Below, in pieces: positions 1-13,915 of a stretch of DNA of 64,000 bases (positions within the stretch are counted from its first letter, which is position 1; each line of letters starts with the position of its first letter). This stretch comes from Lophium mytilinum. Its lineage: Eukaryota. A program made the position numbers and the translations under genes. Under the pieces are notes generated by a model, which was not told the origin of the DNA, made no database searches, and saw nothing but the letters and a program-made list of their open reading frames with translations. The stretch is taken from assembly GCA_010093605.1 (NCBI GenBank), contig MU004189.1, positions 1,495,834-1,559,833 of the forward strand, given 5' to 3'.

Positions 1-423
1 TACAAGATGATTCCTAAAAATCTACCAGCTCGTTTCACTACAGGATATGGATGCGTTGCTATCTCTTACAGTATTAGGGAATAGCTATGGAGGAAGGACA
101 CGGAAAAGCTCACATTTTTTCTTCTCTCATTTGGCCTCGGAGTATACGATGGCGGGGTTTGGCATGGGCAACTATATACCCCTACTTTATCGACGGCGGG
201 GATGGAGCACGGTACATTAAAATTGCATCACGTGGTTCGGGGAATGGCGTCCGGTCATGAGTACATCCACACATCTTGCGGGGGAACAGTTTATCAGTGC
301 GAATATAGTTGTATATACATGCTCGAGATACTCATCTTAATACCAGTTAATAATTTCTGCTTCCATAAAGACGGCAGGACGGCTTGTAAACATGTGACCC
401 TTAACTTTTGTGGCCCGTGCGTT

Positions 424-441
424 ACGCGAGACGCGACGCGT
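424..441. promoter_or_regulatory. Cluster of MCB-like (MluI cell-cycle box) elements upstream of MSH2
   Basis: ACGCGA (424-429), ACGCGA (431-436) and ACGCGT (436-441) lie ~70-90 nt upstream of the MSH2 ATG. MBF control of repair/replication genes is established in yeasts. Confidence 0.55.
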
Positions 442-512
442 TCTCTTAGATGATCTCCGCATTTCTCCAAAGCCACTGCAAACCGTCGCGGTAACCTTGC
501 TACTGAATCAAT

Positions 513-3489
513 ATGGCCTCGCGACCGGAACTCAAAGTCGAAGACGAAGGCGGCTTCGTCAGGTTCTTCCGGAACCTACCCTCAGATGGCGGCGATACAA
601 TCCGGATATTCGATCGAGGCGACTACTACACAGCTCACGGCGAGGATGCTACCTTTGTTGCTAGGACGGTACAGTACTCTCAATCTTTATCTTTGATAGG
701 GCTTTTGGCTAATTGACCCAAGGTCTACCGCACCACCTCCGTCCTCCGCAAACTGGGCAAAGAACCAGGTCTCGAATCCGTCACCATGTCGATTACAGTG
801 TTCCGTAACTTTCTCCGCGAAGCGTTGTTCCGCCTCAGCAAGCGCATTGAGATATGGGAGTCATCGGGCAAGATGAACTGGAAAGTCAAGAAACATGTAC
901 GATTGATAGACGGCCCTTAGAGATGTGGAGCAATGCTGACCAGCGTGGATAGGCATCCCCAGGAAACCTCCAGGACATCGAAGAAGAGCTCGGCGGACAG
1001 CTCGAGAGCGCGCCCATAATACTAGCAGTGAAAGTCACAGCGAGGGCTTCTGAAGCCCGGAACGTTGGTGTCTGCTTCGCGGATGCCAGTGTGAGGGAGC
1101 TCGGGGTGAGCGAGTTCCTGGACAACGACCTCTACTCCAACTTCGAATCTCTCCTCATCCAGCTCGGGGTGAAGGAGTGTCTGATACAAGCGGATGGCAC
1201 GAAAAAGGATGTGGAGCTAAACAAGCTACGGACGATTGCAGACAACTGTGGATGCGCCGTTTCGGAGAGGGGGTTCGCGGATTTCGGCACAAAAGATATC
1301 GACCAAGATTTGGCCCGATTGCTGCGTGATGAGATGGCCGTTGGAAGCCTCGCGCAGACGGATCTCAAGCTAGCGATGGGTTCGGCGGCTGCGCTGATCA
1401 AGTATCTAGGCGTCATGTCGGATTCGTCGAATTTCGGGCAATATCAGTTGTACCAGCACGACTTGTCGCAATACATGAAGCTGGATGCGGCAGCGCTGAA
1501 AGCTTTGAATCTGATGCCTGGGCCAAGGGATGGCTCTAAGACTATGAGTCTGTATGGGTTGTTGAATCATTGCAAGACTCCTGTGGGCAGCCGTCTGCTA
1601 GCGCAATGGCTCAAGCAGCCCCTTATGAACGTGGAAGACATTGAACGAAGGCAGCAGCTGGTTGAGGCTTTTGTGGAGGATACGGAGCTACGACAGACCA
1701 TGCAAGAGGATCATCTGCGGTCTATCCCGGATCTTTACAGACTTGCGAAGAAGTTCCAGAGGAAAGTGGCAAACCTGGAGGATGTTGTTAGAGCATATCA
1801 GGTGGCTATCCGCCTCCCTGGATTTCTCGGAACCCTTGAAGGGATCATGGACGAGCAGTACAAAGACCCGCTAGAGGCTGAATACACTTCAAAACTACGA
1901 GTACGTCCAAAATATATCATCTCTTCCCTATGGAGTCCACTAACATCTCTAGGAATACTCGGACAGCCTAGCGAAACTTCAGGAGATGGTTGAGACTACC
2001 GTAGATCTCGACGCACTTGACAATCACGAATTTATTATCAAGCCAGAGTTTGACGACGGGTTACGAACAATCAGGAAAAAACTAGACCGTCTAAAGTATG
2101 ACATGGGAGTTGAACATAGTAAGGTTGGAAAAGACCTTGGTCAGGAGATCGACAAGAAGCTGTTCTTGGAGAATCACCGAGTGCATGGATGGTGCTTCCG
2201 TTTGACCAGGACGGAAGCTGGGTGCATTCGGAACAAGAAGCAGTATCAAGAATGTTCGACTCAGAAGAATGGCGTCTTCTTCACTACTTCAACACTTCAA
2301 GGACTGCGGCGAGAGTTCGATCAGCATTCTGATAACTATAATCGCACACAAAGCGGGTTAGTCAATGAGGTCGTTGGAGTCGCTGGTAAGCTCGCATACT
2401 TCGAGTAATCTGGGTGACAGTAACTAAACTGGAATAGCATCCTACTGCCCTGTCATCGAGAAGCTGGCCGGCGTTCTTGCACATCTCGATGTCATTGTAA
2501 GCTTCGCTCACGTTTCAGTCCACGCTCCCACCGCCTATTCGCGCCCCAAGATGCACCCTCGAGGCACCGGAAACACGATTCTCAAAGAAGCCCGTCATCC
2601 CTGCATGGAAATGCAAGACGATGTTCAATTCATCACAAACGACGTGTCTCTCGAACGCGGCAGCTCCGAGTTCGTCATCATCACCGGACCCAACATGGGT
2701 GGTAAATCCACCTACATCCGCCAAATCGGCGTCATCGCGCTGATGGCCCAAATCGGCTGTTTCGTGCCTTGCTCCGAGGCCGAGCTGACCATCTTCGACT
2801 GCATCCTCGCCCGTGTCGGCGCCAGCGACTCGCAACTGAAGGGCGTCTCGACCTTCATGGCTGAGATGCTGGAAACCGCCAACATCCTCAAGTCGGCGAC
2901 GAAGGAGAGCCTCATCATCATCGACGAGCTCGGCCGCGGCACAAGCACGTACGACGGCTTCGGGCTCGCATGGGCCATCTCGGAGCATATCGTCAAAGAA
3001 ATCGGCGCCTTTGCCCTCTTCGCAACCCACTTCCATGAACTCACCGCCCTCAGCGACACGTACCCACAGGTTCAAAATCTCCACGTCGTGGCCCACATCA
3101 GCGACTCGCCCCCTGACGGCGCCCATGCGGAGAGCAGGCGCGAAGTGACGCTGCTCTACAAGGTGCAGCCGGGCGTGTGCGACCAGTCGTTTGGCATCCA
3201 CGTTGCGGAGCTGGTGCGTTTTCCAGCCAAGGTTATCAACATGGCGAAGCGGAAGGCGGATGAGCTGGAGGACTTCTCGGGCAAGCATGAGGATGGGTAT
3301 GTGGCGGCGGAGCAGGAAGACGTGGAGGAGGGAAGCCGGCTGCTGAAGGAGGTGCTGGTGAGGTGGAAACGGGAGGTTGAGGCCGAGGGGTTGAGTGGGG
3401 AGCAGCAGGTGGAGAGGATGAGGGAGCTCGTCGGTGCGGACGAGAGGTTATTGGCGAACCCGTTCTTCAAGGGGGTAAAGGCGTTGTAA
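513..3489 (+). CDS. MSH2: DNA mismatch repair protein Msh2 (5 exons; introns ~669-722, 897-952, 1901-1952, 2386-2437)
   Basis: N-terminal [11 protein letters not shown], Walker [30 protein letters not shown] and DQSFGIHVA motifs. Canonical GT-AG introns join the ORF fragments in frame. Confidence 0.97.
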
Positions 3490-4100
3490 GAGACGACTAG
3501 GTGGACTGATTGCGAGATATTCGATAAGGAGCTGTAACGGCGTTCAAAGGTGGGCACTGGCGTATGGGGTCTGGAAGTATTCTTCGACGTATACATGGCT
3601 ATGTACGATTAGCTCTGTTACATAAGCTATAATATCGAGGCCTGAAAAGAGTCCTACCGTCCGGATTCATATTGAGACTAAACTCAATATTGCCGTAAGT
3701 AGACTATGCGGCTGGAAAAGTCTCAAGATATCAATTAGCTAAGAAGAAAGTAGAACACTTATCTGAATATACTCGACACCCTAAGCTAGATGTGTGTAGC
3801 CTCCCCTTGTCTCCTTTCCTGCTATCGAGACGTCCAGCGTATCATAACCAGAGCCTATCCAAAGCCCACCCCGCCGACTAGCATTATTAGAGGTGTAAGG
3901 TATTCGCATGCACGAACTTCCGCTTTGACCCTCTAATGTATTGGAAATTAGCCTGACTTGACAATCTAATTTGGGGTGTGCTATATGACTTTTAGTTCTC
4001 GCCCTCTAGTCTGGCCTATTCTAATCTTCGCCAAGAATCCGTGGAATATTTCCTGTCCATTTCTACCTTCCAGCTGTCAAAAACCTTTATACACTCCTGT

Positions 4101-5608
4101 CTATTTCCCAGGTAAAAAAGGTGAGCCTCCATGCTTCCTATTCCCTGAAGCTCCAACCGACACTACCTCTCCAACCCCCTCTCCAACCCCCTCCTCAACA
4201 AGGCCAACCTCCATCACCGCATACCTCCTCACTCTCGGCGGCTCCACCACTCGGAGCACCCTCAATCTCACATCAACTGCCCCCAACAACCCCTCCCAGT
4301 CCTCCCTACTCCGCTCCCGCGCAGCACAAAGCACCCACATCGTCAGATCCAACGACCTAATCTGCGCCTCCTCATACATCCCCAGGGTCCCCGGCTCCGG
4401 CACCACCACATCCACGACCACGATCCGAGACTTCGGTCCCATGGCATCGACAACATGCGCTAGGATCTACCGACAGTGTGCGTCAGACCAATCGCGGAGG
4501 ATGTTGCGGAGGAAGTAGACGGCGACGTTGCGGGTGATAGCAGGCTGGGGAGTGAAGAAGTCGTGGGGGAGGAAGGTGAGGCGGGAGGCGATGGGGGCTG
4601 ATAGGGAGGCGATGTGGGCATTGGCCTGGGGGGCGAGGCTGGGGCGGTCTTGGACGAGGAATTGTAAGTGGGGGTGGGCGGTTGCGATGGCGGCGGAGAC
4701 GTGCGATAGACCGCCGCCGATCTAGAAAACGGTACCGGTTAGCATGTCTCGTCGGAGTCGATGTTACGGGGGACTCCGTGCGGTTGGGCGCAGGGAGCAT
4801 GGAATAGGGGACTTACATCGACAGCCAACCCCCTTTCCTCTACGTTACGCCAGCCATACACCGCGGCACTCTCCTCCACCTCGTTCCCACTCGTCACCGC
4901 CTTCATCAAGTGAGCGAATTTCTCTCTCCGCTACGGCTCCTTCTCTAGGTGCGCGAAGAACAGATCTCCAACCGCTACCGCATATGGCGCTTCTTCCGGC
5001 CTCGCAGAGTCCCCAAACCGCGTCACCGTCTCCAGCGCCTTTGAGCACGCAGCGAAGAACATGTCTGCGCGAAGCCATGCACAGGCGTGGTAGCCCTCGT
5101 CCTCAGCCAAGAGTCGTGAGCCAGCAGTGTGCGCTGCGAATCCGGGCGCGGGTTCGAGGAAGTAATGGTGTGTGGTTGCCATGCTGAGACAGCGAGCTAG
5201 AAGGGATTCGCTCAGGCCAGTCTTCTCGGCAAGCTCGCCGAAAGCGATTGGGGAGTTGAGAGGGATTGCTTGGGGAATGTTGAAGTGGCAGAGGACTTGG
5301 AGGCTGGTGAGGAGGTAGATTTCGCTCATGCAGATCCATTACAGTTCCTCCGCTGGGCCGATTATGAGCTGATTCAGAGTTCTAGAGGCGTTGATTAGGG
5401 CGCCTCGGGCGATGATGACGCTTTCTTCTGATGCTGGGATGGCGAGGTCGATGGGGGCAGAGCGCTTGAAGGAGGGTTGTTGGAAGCCATTGCGAGTTAG
5501 GTAGTCCTCCAAGATTGTAGCATTCTTGGAGATGTCGGCTGCAAGCTGTGATAGCAGGCTTGAAAGTAAAAAGGGTTGTGGATGTACCGAGTGAGTGAGG
5601 TAGAACAA
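4101..5608 (-). pseudogene. SAM-dependent O-methyltransferase (Methyltransf_2 type) pseudogene
   Basis: Spliced frame (intron 4722-4816) gives VD|IGGG, HDFFTPQP, YFLRNILRDWSD and ARERS..DW. In-frame stops at 5339-5341 (TAA), 4931-4933 (TAG) and 4467-4469 (TAG). No ATG at the expected N-terminus, so the 5' boundary is approximate. Confidence 0.85.
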
Positions 5609-6627
5609 GCCAGAGCTAAGAGCAGGACTTGAGGAGTTTTAAGCAGGTAGGTGGAAGTGAGTGAGGTAGAGTAGGGTCGTAGAACCAAATACAGAATTTG
5701 ACGAGAACTGGAGAGGTCTGCAGAGGTACGGATGAAACTGAGGCAGAGCAGGCTAGATTCATGAAGCTATGCTGCATATGGACTATTATAGATAGGAGTG
5801 ATCGATGAGAACAGGAAAGTCAATGTATAAGTCGGCCCTCTATTTGTACAAATTGGAAGTCGAGATAAGCAGCAATACTTACGATAGGGGATCCCTTACC
5901 GTATATCTCCATTCTACTCCATACATGCTCATTTATACACCAGCTGTCATCAGCTATGTAATTTTGATCGTCATCCCAACAGTATAACTCTTGACACTAA
6001 GGCACACTCATAATGCGATCTTAGTAAATAGCTAAGCCGTCAGCTGCAATTTGTTGTAAGGTATAGTCTATCTAAGACACCCTTACAGAACCCAGCTGTA
6101 GTTGTGCAGGAATGTTCACCTTACGCAGTAGATGTGGAAAGATCCCTGAATTGAAGAGACACATTCATGTATAATTGAAATCGATCTGGGTGGAAACTCT
6201 AGCTCCAAGTTTTTATATTGAAACTTTTGCAGTAACAGCTGTATACACTAATCATATCGTGAGAATTGTTCTTCTGGGAAGGATCGAAGCCTTCCAAGAC
6301 CATATATTGCATGTTGGGGCCTCTAGCTCGCCGCATGCAGGTGGTCTTCCGCAGGGCGGGGGAAATGCGTAATTTGAATAGTATTGTGCTCTTGCCAGTA
6401 AGAGGATGTTTGCTTTATTTCTCTCGATGAGTGCCAGTGTCGAGCCGACGTCATCGCCGATGATGATTTACGGATAAGAGGTCTCGAAGGAAAAAGCTGA
6501 AGTATTCTAATGTCATGTGATGACTTAGCATAAGCCCAGGTAGGCAACAGCCTCCAAACAATTACGCTGCATCCAGAGTCGCATTCCGTCCATTGATCTT
6601 TTGCTACATACTTGCCATAACACCATA

Positions 6628-7421
6628 ATGCCCCAAGCTGCGAAACCTCTAAAGAGAAACAAGAAGAAGCGCCGCCTTTCTTCGTTTCTAGCACTCCCGC
6701 GAGAGATTAGAGATGAGATATACTACTACGCGCTCGACTGGCCCAACCTAGACAATGTATTCAAGAAACTTGAACAACAAGAGAAGAGGGCCGGAGAAGA
6801 GCACCAAAAGCTCCATAACAAGCAGCCGCGATGCCGGATCCCAAGGCCACATCCCCAGCTCCTAACCCCGAGCCTGCTTCTCGTCAGCCGACAACTCTAC
6901 ACAGAGGCAATTGACGTCCTGCGCCAGAAGCCGCTCGTGATCCCAGGGCCACCGCCACGCTGCTATGCAACCGGGGTTGACCTCGGAATCACAGAGGTTG
7001 TCGGCGAGGAGACGCTACAGAGTGCTCCCTATGTGACGCTTGAGATTGACTTCCTCTACTGGTCTTGGGACCGTGTTCTCGAAACCCTTCTTGACGTCTG
7101 GAACGTGAAGCAAAGCCTTAAGATGCTAGTTGTCCGGGTTTCAAAGAAACCAATCGCTGGTCATGTAGCTTTGGATCTACCTCCAGAGTCACAGAAGTAT
7201 CATTTCGGCCCACGCAGACATGGCTATGTTCATGCAACGATACTGTCCAGGGTGAGCAGTCGTGCTTCTTTGTACAGTGCCTTCTTTTGACAGATTCTTA
7301 GCTTCTGCATCTGAGTTACGATGTGCCACTCATGATGGAGAGGTTGGGAGGGGAACTGTTCGACTATAGAATGGTGAATGATTACCCTCATGGTGGAGGT
7401 GGTCCTTATCATTCTCTATAA
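6628..7421 (+). CDS. Fungal F-box-like-motif protein, function unknown (intron ~7252-7301)
   Basis: SFLALPREIRDEIYYYAL and LLLVSRQLYTEA are typical of this fungal family. The last exon is inferred from GTGAGC...TTGAC...TAG. Confidence 0.7.
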
Positions 7422-7829
7422 CTACATTCGCACAGACTGCGATATGTTATATGGGGAGCACTAAGATGAGTAGCCGATAGTTAGTGCACGATCGTAGTTA
7501 ACACCACAATTTACCGCATAGAATCTGGTATCTGGCATCAAGAGAAGTCCCCATTGCACTGATATACCACTTCCAAAAGCCTCGGATTCTCCTCGCTTCA
7601 TGAGCCTCTGGACAACAAGGTGGAACTCTGCTCTACAACCTAGAGACAGGGTCACAAACTGCACCGTCGCGGGGGATTGAATATAGGATGTAAGTGCAGA
7701 ATCTGTAACCAAGGTGGTGGGTGCTTTGACTGCTACCACGGCCAAGCTTCTAAGACGTGCGCGTAGCTAGTGTCGGCGAATACCCCTAGAGAATACTAGA
7801 TGACTCTCCATTATGCTACGCTAATTGAT

Positions 7830-9228
7830 CTAGTCAAATCTAACGCCCATCCGCCCTTGGGCTTTATGCGAGTTCTGCGAATATTGTTAGCGGAGTGCTG
7901 TTAAAGGAACAACGCTTAATCATCGACTAACCATCAGTTCAATCATCTTCGGCACCTCTTCTAACTTGTAGTGCGTTAGATGTGCATTGATGTTGTGCTT
8001 GGCGCTGAACTCAATACACGGCCTCATGTTGTAGCATGCTATCACGAAATCAGCCGTAAGTCATCAACTCCCTTGTCTGGAACCACTTACTCCCGTTATT
8101 ACTTCCCCGCACCCGATATCTGCCCAATGCAATATCCAGCGCGTTTAGCTCAATCGGCTTCTGCGGGATGCCAACCACCATTAGAATGCCAGAACCTGGG
8201 CGGATGATAGCAGGCGCATCATCGTAGGATTTCTTAGAAGCAGTGAAGTTCACAGCCGCATCCACGCCACCGTCGGTAAGCTCGATGACCTTCTTCTGCC
8301 AGTCCTTGTCCTCCAACGTGTTGAAGACGTGATCAGCGCCAGATTCCTTCGCAGCGTCGAGAGCTTGAGGCGCAATATCTAGGCCGATAACCTTAAGGCC
8401 CATCGCCCTATTCATCCACAGTCAGCTTAGCCTCCAACACCCACTTCCAGCACCCAACCCCCCCTGACCATCCCTCAACCCCAAGAGAAAAGAAACAGCC
8501 ACACTTACTTCGCATATTTAATCCCCAAATGCCCCAACCCCCCACACCCAATCACCGCCATCCACTTCCCCTCCTCCAACCCACAATCCTCCACCCCATG
8601 AAACGCCGTGACCCCCGCACAAAACAACGGCGCCGCCTTATACACATCCAACCCCTCCGGCAGCACCATCGCCGCGCGCGCATCCACACACACATACTCC
8701 TGGAAATACCCATTCAGCGTGAACCCCTGCATCTTCGTCTTCCCCGTCACACACCACGAGTTATGCACGTTGCGGCACGCGTGGCACTCGAAGCAGCAGT
8801 CGACCGCGCACAGGAAGCCAACTTTGTCGCCTTCTCTGAAGCCGAGGTCGGCGACCCCTGAGCCGGACGACACGACGAACCCCGAGCCTTCGTGCCCGAT
8901 GGTCACGCAGGGGTCCGAGCTGAGGATCAGGCCTTGGTCGTTGGGCTCGAAGAGCATGACGTCCGAGTGGCAGAGCGAGGCGCACGCGACTTTGACGAGG
9001 AGTTCGTGCGCGCGCGGGGTTGGGATGGGGATTTCGTTGAGGTGGAGTTTGTTGTCGCGCGCGTCGTATCTGGAGGTTGAGTATGTAAGTTTGTGGGGGA
9101 TCGGGAGGCGCGAATGGGTGGTTTTTGGGGGGATTGAGATTGAAGAGAGGCTGGATAGTCTGGAGGAGATGTAGATGTACTCACTGTTGCGCCTTCATCG
9201 TCTTCTTGGTTGGGTGGAGGGACCCCAT
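7830..9228 (-). CDS. Zinc-dependent medium-chain alcohol dehydrogenase (5 exons)
   Basis: CHSD, GHEG, Cys cluster CFECHAC and Rossmann motif GCGGLG. Splicing restores the C-terminus ...QGRMGVRFD*. Confidence 0.92.
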
Positions 9229-10579
9229 TGTGTCAATTGAATTTCTGGAATTAGCTTCGAAGGAGAGTCGTGACTTTGACGAGGTCAACATGAAATGAGA
9301 TTTTTGATTGTTTGGCCTTTTCGCACGCGTTACGTGCCTACTAGCGATTATATGCAGTTAACGCGGGAAAGCTCAGCCGCGGGAAGGAGGGTGGACGGGT
9401 GACGTTAATGGCGGGGAATAAGGTTTCCGGCGGACATGTTCGTACGGTAGCTCCTACATGGTTCCACGGTGGCCCGAATTCTAGTTTCGCGAGAGTCCTT
9501 ATGTGGTATTCTTGAGCAGTGGTTGGCGATGAAGATGTGAAGTCGCAACGTTGGCTCATCCTGTTTGGAAACTTCGGCCACTCCCTGGACGCCAGATGGA
9601 CAGCAAGTTGTTGCCATTGTGATATGCTCACACTAATGGCGAGTTTTGTTCCTGTAAGCTGTATGTGACAGAGGACAGGAAAAGCTGCGGCATTTGCATG
9701 AGATCCACAGCCAGCTATACCCCGCCCCCCGCAACCCCACAGATACAGTTCTCATGACTCGCGCCGTATCGACTGGTTACCCCCTTGAATCAGTCACTAG
9801 CCACAAAGAACAAACTCATAAAACAAACATTCGATTGACTACCTATCTGACCTCGCCGCTTGCATCGTTGCTCATCTGCCTCCAATCTGGTATCCAATCA
9901 CCTGGATCTCGACCTCAAACTCCCAACCCCCCAAAGAAAATCCAATGCATTGCTTTCAAACATTAAGCACGTCTAAAGCATTCGCCACACGTATCCACGT
10001 TGGATCGGTATTGAAGAAAGGTAGGGGGCCGGGGTATAGACAAATATAACAGAAATAAGATTGGACCGCCACGAGAGAACCCTTCCAAGAGCGAAAGGAA
10101 AAGAATAGGCTTAGAAAGGCAAGTAGACTCGGCCAATAGAAATGCGAGAAAATAAAGTAAGCCAACCGACGATATATCAATACGCCTGCGAAGGTGGTGA
10201 TGTCCAGCGCCAGGTTAGGCATATGAATCCGCGCCAGCTCTCATCGAGGTCGATTTTTCGTGTTTATAAATAGCGGTAGGGGACTTGGTCCGAATATCGA
10301 AGAGAATAAGGACGAAAAGACGAAATAGAAGTTAATAACTTTAGGCCGGTAGGGCAACGCAAAGAACATAGGGTAGTGGAGCGTGGAGGAAGACCAGATA
10401 GTGTTGTTGCTGGATCAAATCTTCCTTCTTTCAATTCCAACTTCCGGAGATCTCGATTTCAACGCAAATACAAAAAAAATGCATAACCGTCTCTCATAAA
10501 ACAATGCACCATGTCGCTTCACTCATTCATCTTTGCAAAGTGAAAGGTTGCTTGGATCAAAGAGCAGCGAGGCTCATGG

Positions 10580-12612
10580 TCATAGAGCCATCCCAGGGAC
10601 TGGCTTTCTCGCAGGTAGAGGGCCGCCTAGAGGATTTGGATTCATAGGGCTAGGCCCAGGGGGTGAGTCGCGACGCGCCCTAACTTGGCTGGCTGAGTTG
10701 GAACGGCGGCGTCCGCCTGGCACAGGAATAGGAGCCTGAGGTCCACCGCCATAGGGGCCGGGCGACATGGAGCGTGGGTGACCAGCGTAGGGAGCGTTGC
10801 TATTTGAACGACCGCGTGCGCCTGGAGGTGGGCCGTACGGGTTTGGCGAGTTGCGGCCCCTTGCTGGAGACATCGGTGGGCCAGCAAAGGGACCTGGAGA
10901 GTTACGGCCTCCTGCTGGAGACATCGGTGGGCCGGCAAAGGGACCTGGCGAGTTGCGCCCGCCAGCTGGGGACATGGAGCGAGGCTGGCCACCAAAGGCA
11001 GGAGAGTTACGGCCGCTGGGAGTGAGTGGTCGTGGTTGGGGGAAGCCGGGGCCCATTGGAGGAGGGCCACGCATCCTACCACCTGGTGGAGGACCTTGGC
11101 GCGGAGGGCCGGTGCGAGGCTTCACCGGGTGTTTCGAGAGACAAGTGCGAGGCACGACACCTTGCTGAGACTTATCAAGACGGGTGCAAAGAGCCTGGAG
11201 GACAGGTTAGTTCTACTGTGTATATGGGATCTTTGGCAGAGTAATCTTACCCAACCATCATCGTATTCGTGCAGCATGCGAACCAACTGACCAGCGCGCA
11301 GCTCAAGCTCATCCTGCATAGATGGCTTAAAATCCAGTTGAACACGATGGACATTGTTAGCAAGTGGAGCAGCAACGGGTCCTCCAGCGGCAGCCGCAAT
11401 TGGTGGGGGCCCTGTGGGAGCAGGACCTGGAGAGGCAGGAATATCCTCAGTCCAGGTTGGGCTGGGGGTAGGACGAGACGCTTCTAATTCGACGGGAGTA
11501 GCACGAGGCGCATCCAGCTCGACGGGAGCGGGCTGTGGAACTTGCTTTCGTACTACAGGGGCAGCAATAGGAACGACAGCAGCCGCAGCGACTGGAGCGA
11601 GGTGGTCTGGAGCATCCGAAATTGCAGATACGGGACTGCTTGGGGATGAGTTTTCGACAGTCTCGGCATGGATACCAAAGGGATTCGAAGGGTCCGTGGC
11701 GGCATTTGCAGCACCTCGTCGCTCCCAGGCGCTAGATGGCTGAGGAGATGGAGATAAAAAGTCGCGGGAGGCGGCGTTGGAATTGGCTGCAGGGGCAGCA
11801 GCGGCGGCCATGTCTAAGGCATTTCCTGCACTCCTGCGGTTTCCGGCTAGGTTGGGAGAGAACTGAGTAACTGGTCGAAGGCTCAGACGAGGTGCGGTCG
11901 ACATGGTTCGTGCGGTTCTAATGCTAGCAGCGGGGGCTGGAGCATTGTGCACGCTGGATTTCTCGTCGTCCATTTTCTGATGCTCCATAGCTCGCTTCTT
12001 CTTGCGGTAGAACAGAAGAATGCAAGCAAGGAGGGCGGCAATGGCAACGAGAATGCCCAAGGCAAGCCCCGCCTTTGCTCCTCCGGACATTCCCTTGGAG
12101 GAAGACGCAATGGCGGTTGGAGACGCCGAGGTGGCAGCAGCGACAGTAGCCGACAGAGTCGACGACGCAGCGACCAATTTGTCGACTGAGGTTGTAGCTG
12201 CCGCGATGTTGCCGGTCTCTGATGCAGAGGACTTGGCCTTGGCTGTTGACGAGCTATCATCTTCAGAGGAGTGTTTATGACTAGAATGAACAGCTGCTGC
12301 GGAAGTTTCAGCTGCCGCAGTGCTCTGGGCCTTCGCAGAGGTAGCCTTAGGTTGCTCGCTGCTCTGTGCAGGTGCGTCTTTCGATGAGGCTGAGGCTTGA
12401 ATGGGAACTCCGAAGGCCGTTTTGGTGACGGGGACGTAGGTAACCTTCCCAGTGTATGTGTTTGGTAATGTCGCGGTGACCACATGGAATATCGTCTTGA
12501 TGCCATTTGCAATCTCGTGGGCCTCGCTCAATATCTCGTTCCCGAGGTCGCGATTGTCCACTTTCTCCACCTCTCGCTTCGCCGCATGCACACGGCGATG
12601 GTGGTGAGGCAT
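10580..12612 (-). CDS. Single-pass membrane protein with Ser/Thr/Ala-rich ectodomain, SH3 domain and Pro/Gly-rich tail (intron 11195-11250)
   Basis: TM segment GLALGILVAIAALLACILLFY followed by RKKK. SH3 reads RVQLDFKPSMQDELEL...YDDGW|ALCTRLD...GVVPRTCL across the intron. Confidence 0.88.
10845..10980 (-). repeat. Coding tandem repeat, 51-nt period (PPMSPAGGRNSPGPFAG, ~2.5-3 copies)
   Basis: Visible in both the DNA (GGAGACATCGGTGGGCC recurs 51 nt apart) and the translation. Confidence 0.85.
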
Positions 12613-13915
12613 GATTGCGTGACGATGGACTGGGCGCACTCAGAACGGGGTGTTTGTGCGCTGCGATGTGTTGTTGTAGTAGTTAAGGTGGTATTGTCCG
12701 GGGTGTGGCGTCATCCAACGGTAACTGTTGTCGCACCTTCACTTCGGTAGCACGTGGCCAATATTGTTGTTATTCGAGGTCCGACGAAGAATTGACTATT
12801 GCGTGAACTCGCAGGATATTATGGCAACTGGCTTCTCGGGCAAGGGAGTTCTAGACGGCGATGGACGGGCGCAAGGAGTAAGGACGGTTCCGGTTCAGGC
12901 GACAGGTCGGAATGAGGGTGAAACGAATGTTGGGTTGGAGAAAAGAGTGGATGCGACGGCTACGGTCGATAAACGAAGGACGAACGACAGCCGGGCCGCG
13001 AGAGAGAAGGGAATTATCGAGAGGATTCGTAGAATGAGCGACGGTGAGGTGTAGGAGAGACAGTCGCGATGGGCAGCAGAGGCGGAAATGAGACTCCAGC
13101 TGGCCCTGCCCGCAGCCGCGTTCCTGAATGTCGGGCTACGGCGAAACGAGCGTAGAACAAGACTTGGACTCAGGTACCGCAGGGCGCTGATTCGGCACAA
13201 CCCTGGCGCTCCCTTCTCCAGGGCTGTGCGCCAATCCATGGCGTCGGCGAGGCGCTCGTGCAAGGTTAAGCGGCTGCTATTTTCAATTCGCCAGCCGTGT
13301 TTTGTCCCTCATCTCAGGCGTGCCGCTGTCAGGAGTCTCCCAGGTCCCCTCTCCACGACCTCCCGCGCCCGACCTCCAACGGCCTGCTGCGCCTCACAGA
13401 TCGAAAGCCGTCCCGTCATCCGGTTCAGCCGGCAGAATCCCGCACTCAGATTGCGCGGGTTGATCTGCACCCACGAGAAGGCTGATATAACCGCCTGCTT
13501 GGCCTGCAATTCGCCTGCAATTCAACCGCTTGGCGCCCTCTATTGCCCTGTGCCTCTCATTTCTAGACCCGAGTTCGCACCGCCACTCCATTGTTTGCTT
13601 TGTGAAAGGGACTCGGCGCACCGGGCGGTGTAAATATCACTCTCGAAAGTTGCGCTGTACCGCTGTCTGAGGTAGCTTGACGAGATTGTAGATTGTCCAA
13701 GTGATTGATGTGAGCCTCTTGCAACCTCCTTAGAATGTAGCAAGATAGTTCAATTAGTGATAAACCGTTGTGCACACTGACCAAGATTCTCTCGGGATCC
13801 CGGCGCTGCGAAGGTCACCGTCACAAAGAATAGTAGTACAGCGTATACTTCATTTACCGTTATGATAGCACCCTTGATTAATGCCGGCGAAAGTCAGTCG
13901 GCAGTGCCTCGGGTA

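Noticed and set aside
2515..3288. 257-aa antisense ORF, and similar shadow ORFs over PEX7, AIP1, kelch and allantoicase
   Set aside because: Expected by-product of GC-rich codon bias in the real gene on the other strand or frame.
3880..4100. Possible degenerate inverted-repeat element between MSH2 and the OMT pseudogene
   Set aside because: The terminal match is too short and imperfect to support a call.
4467..5341. Stop codons repaired by A-to-I editing or read-through
   Set aside because: Three stops including a TAA, loss of the catalytic His and no clear ATG make pseudogenisation the simpler explanation.
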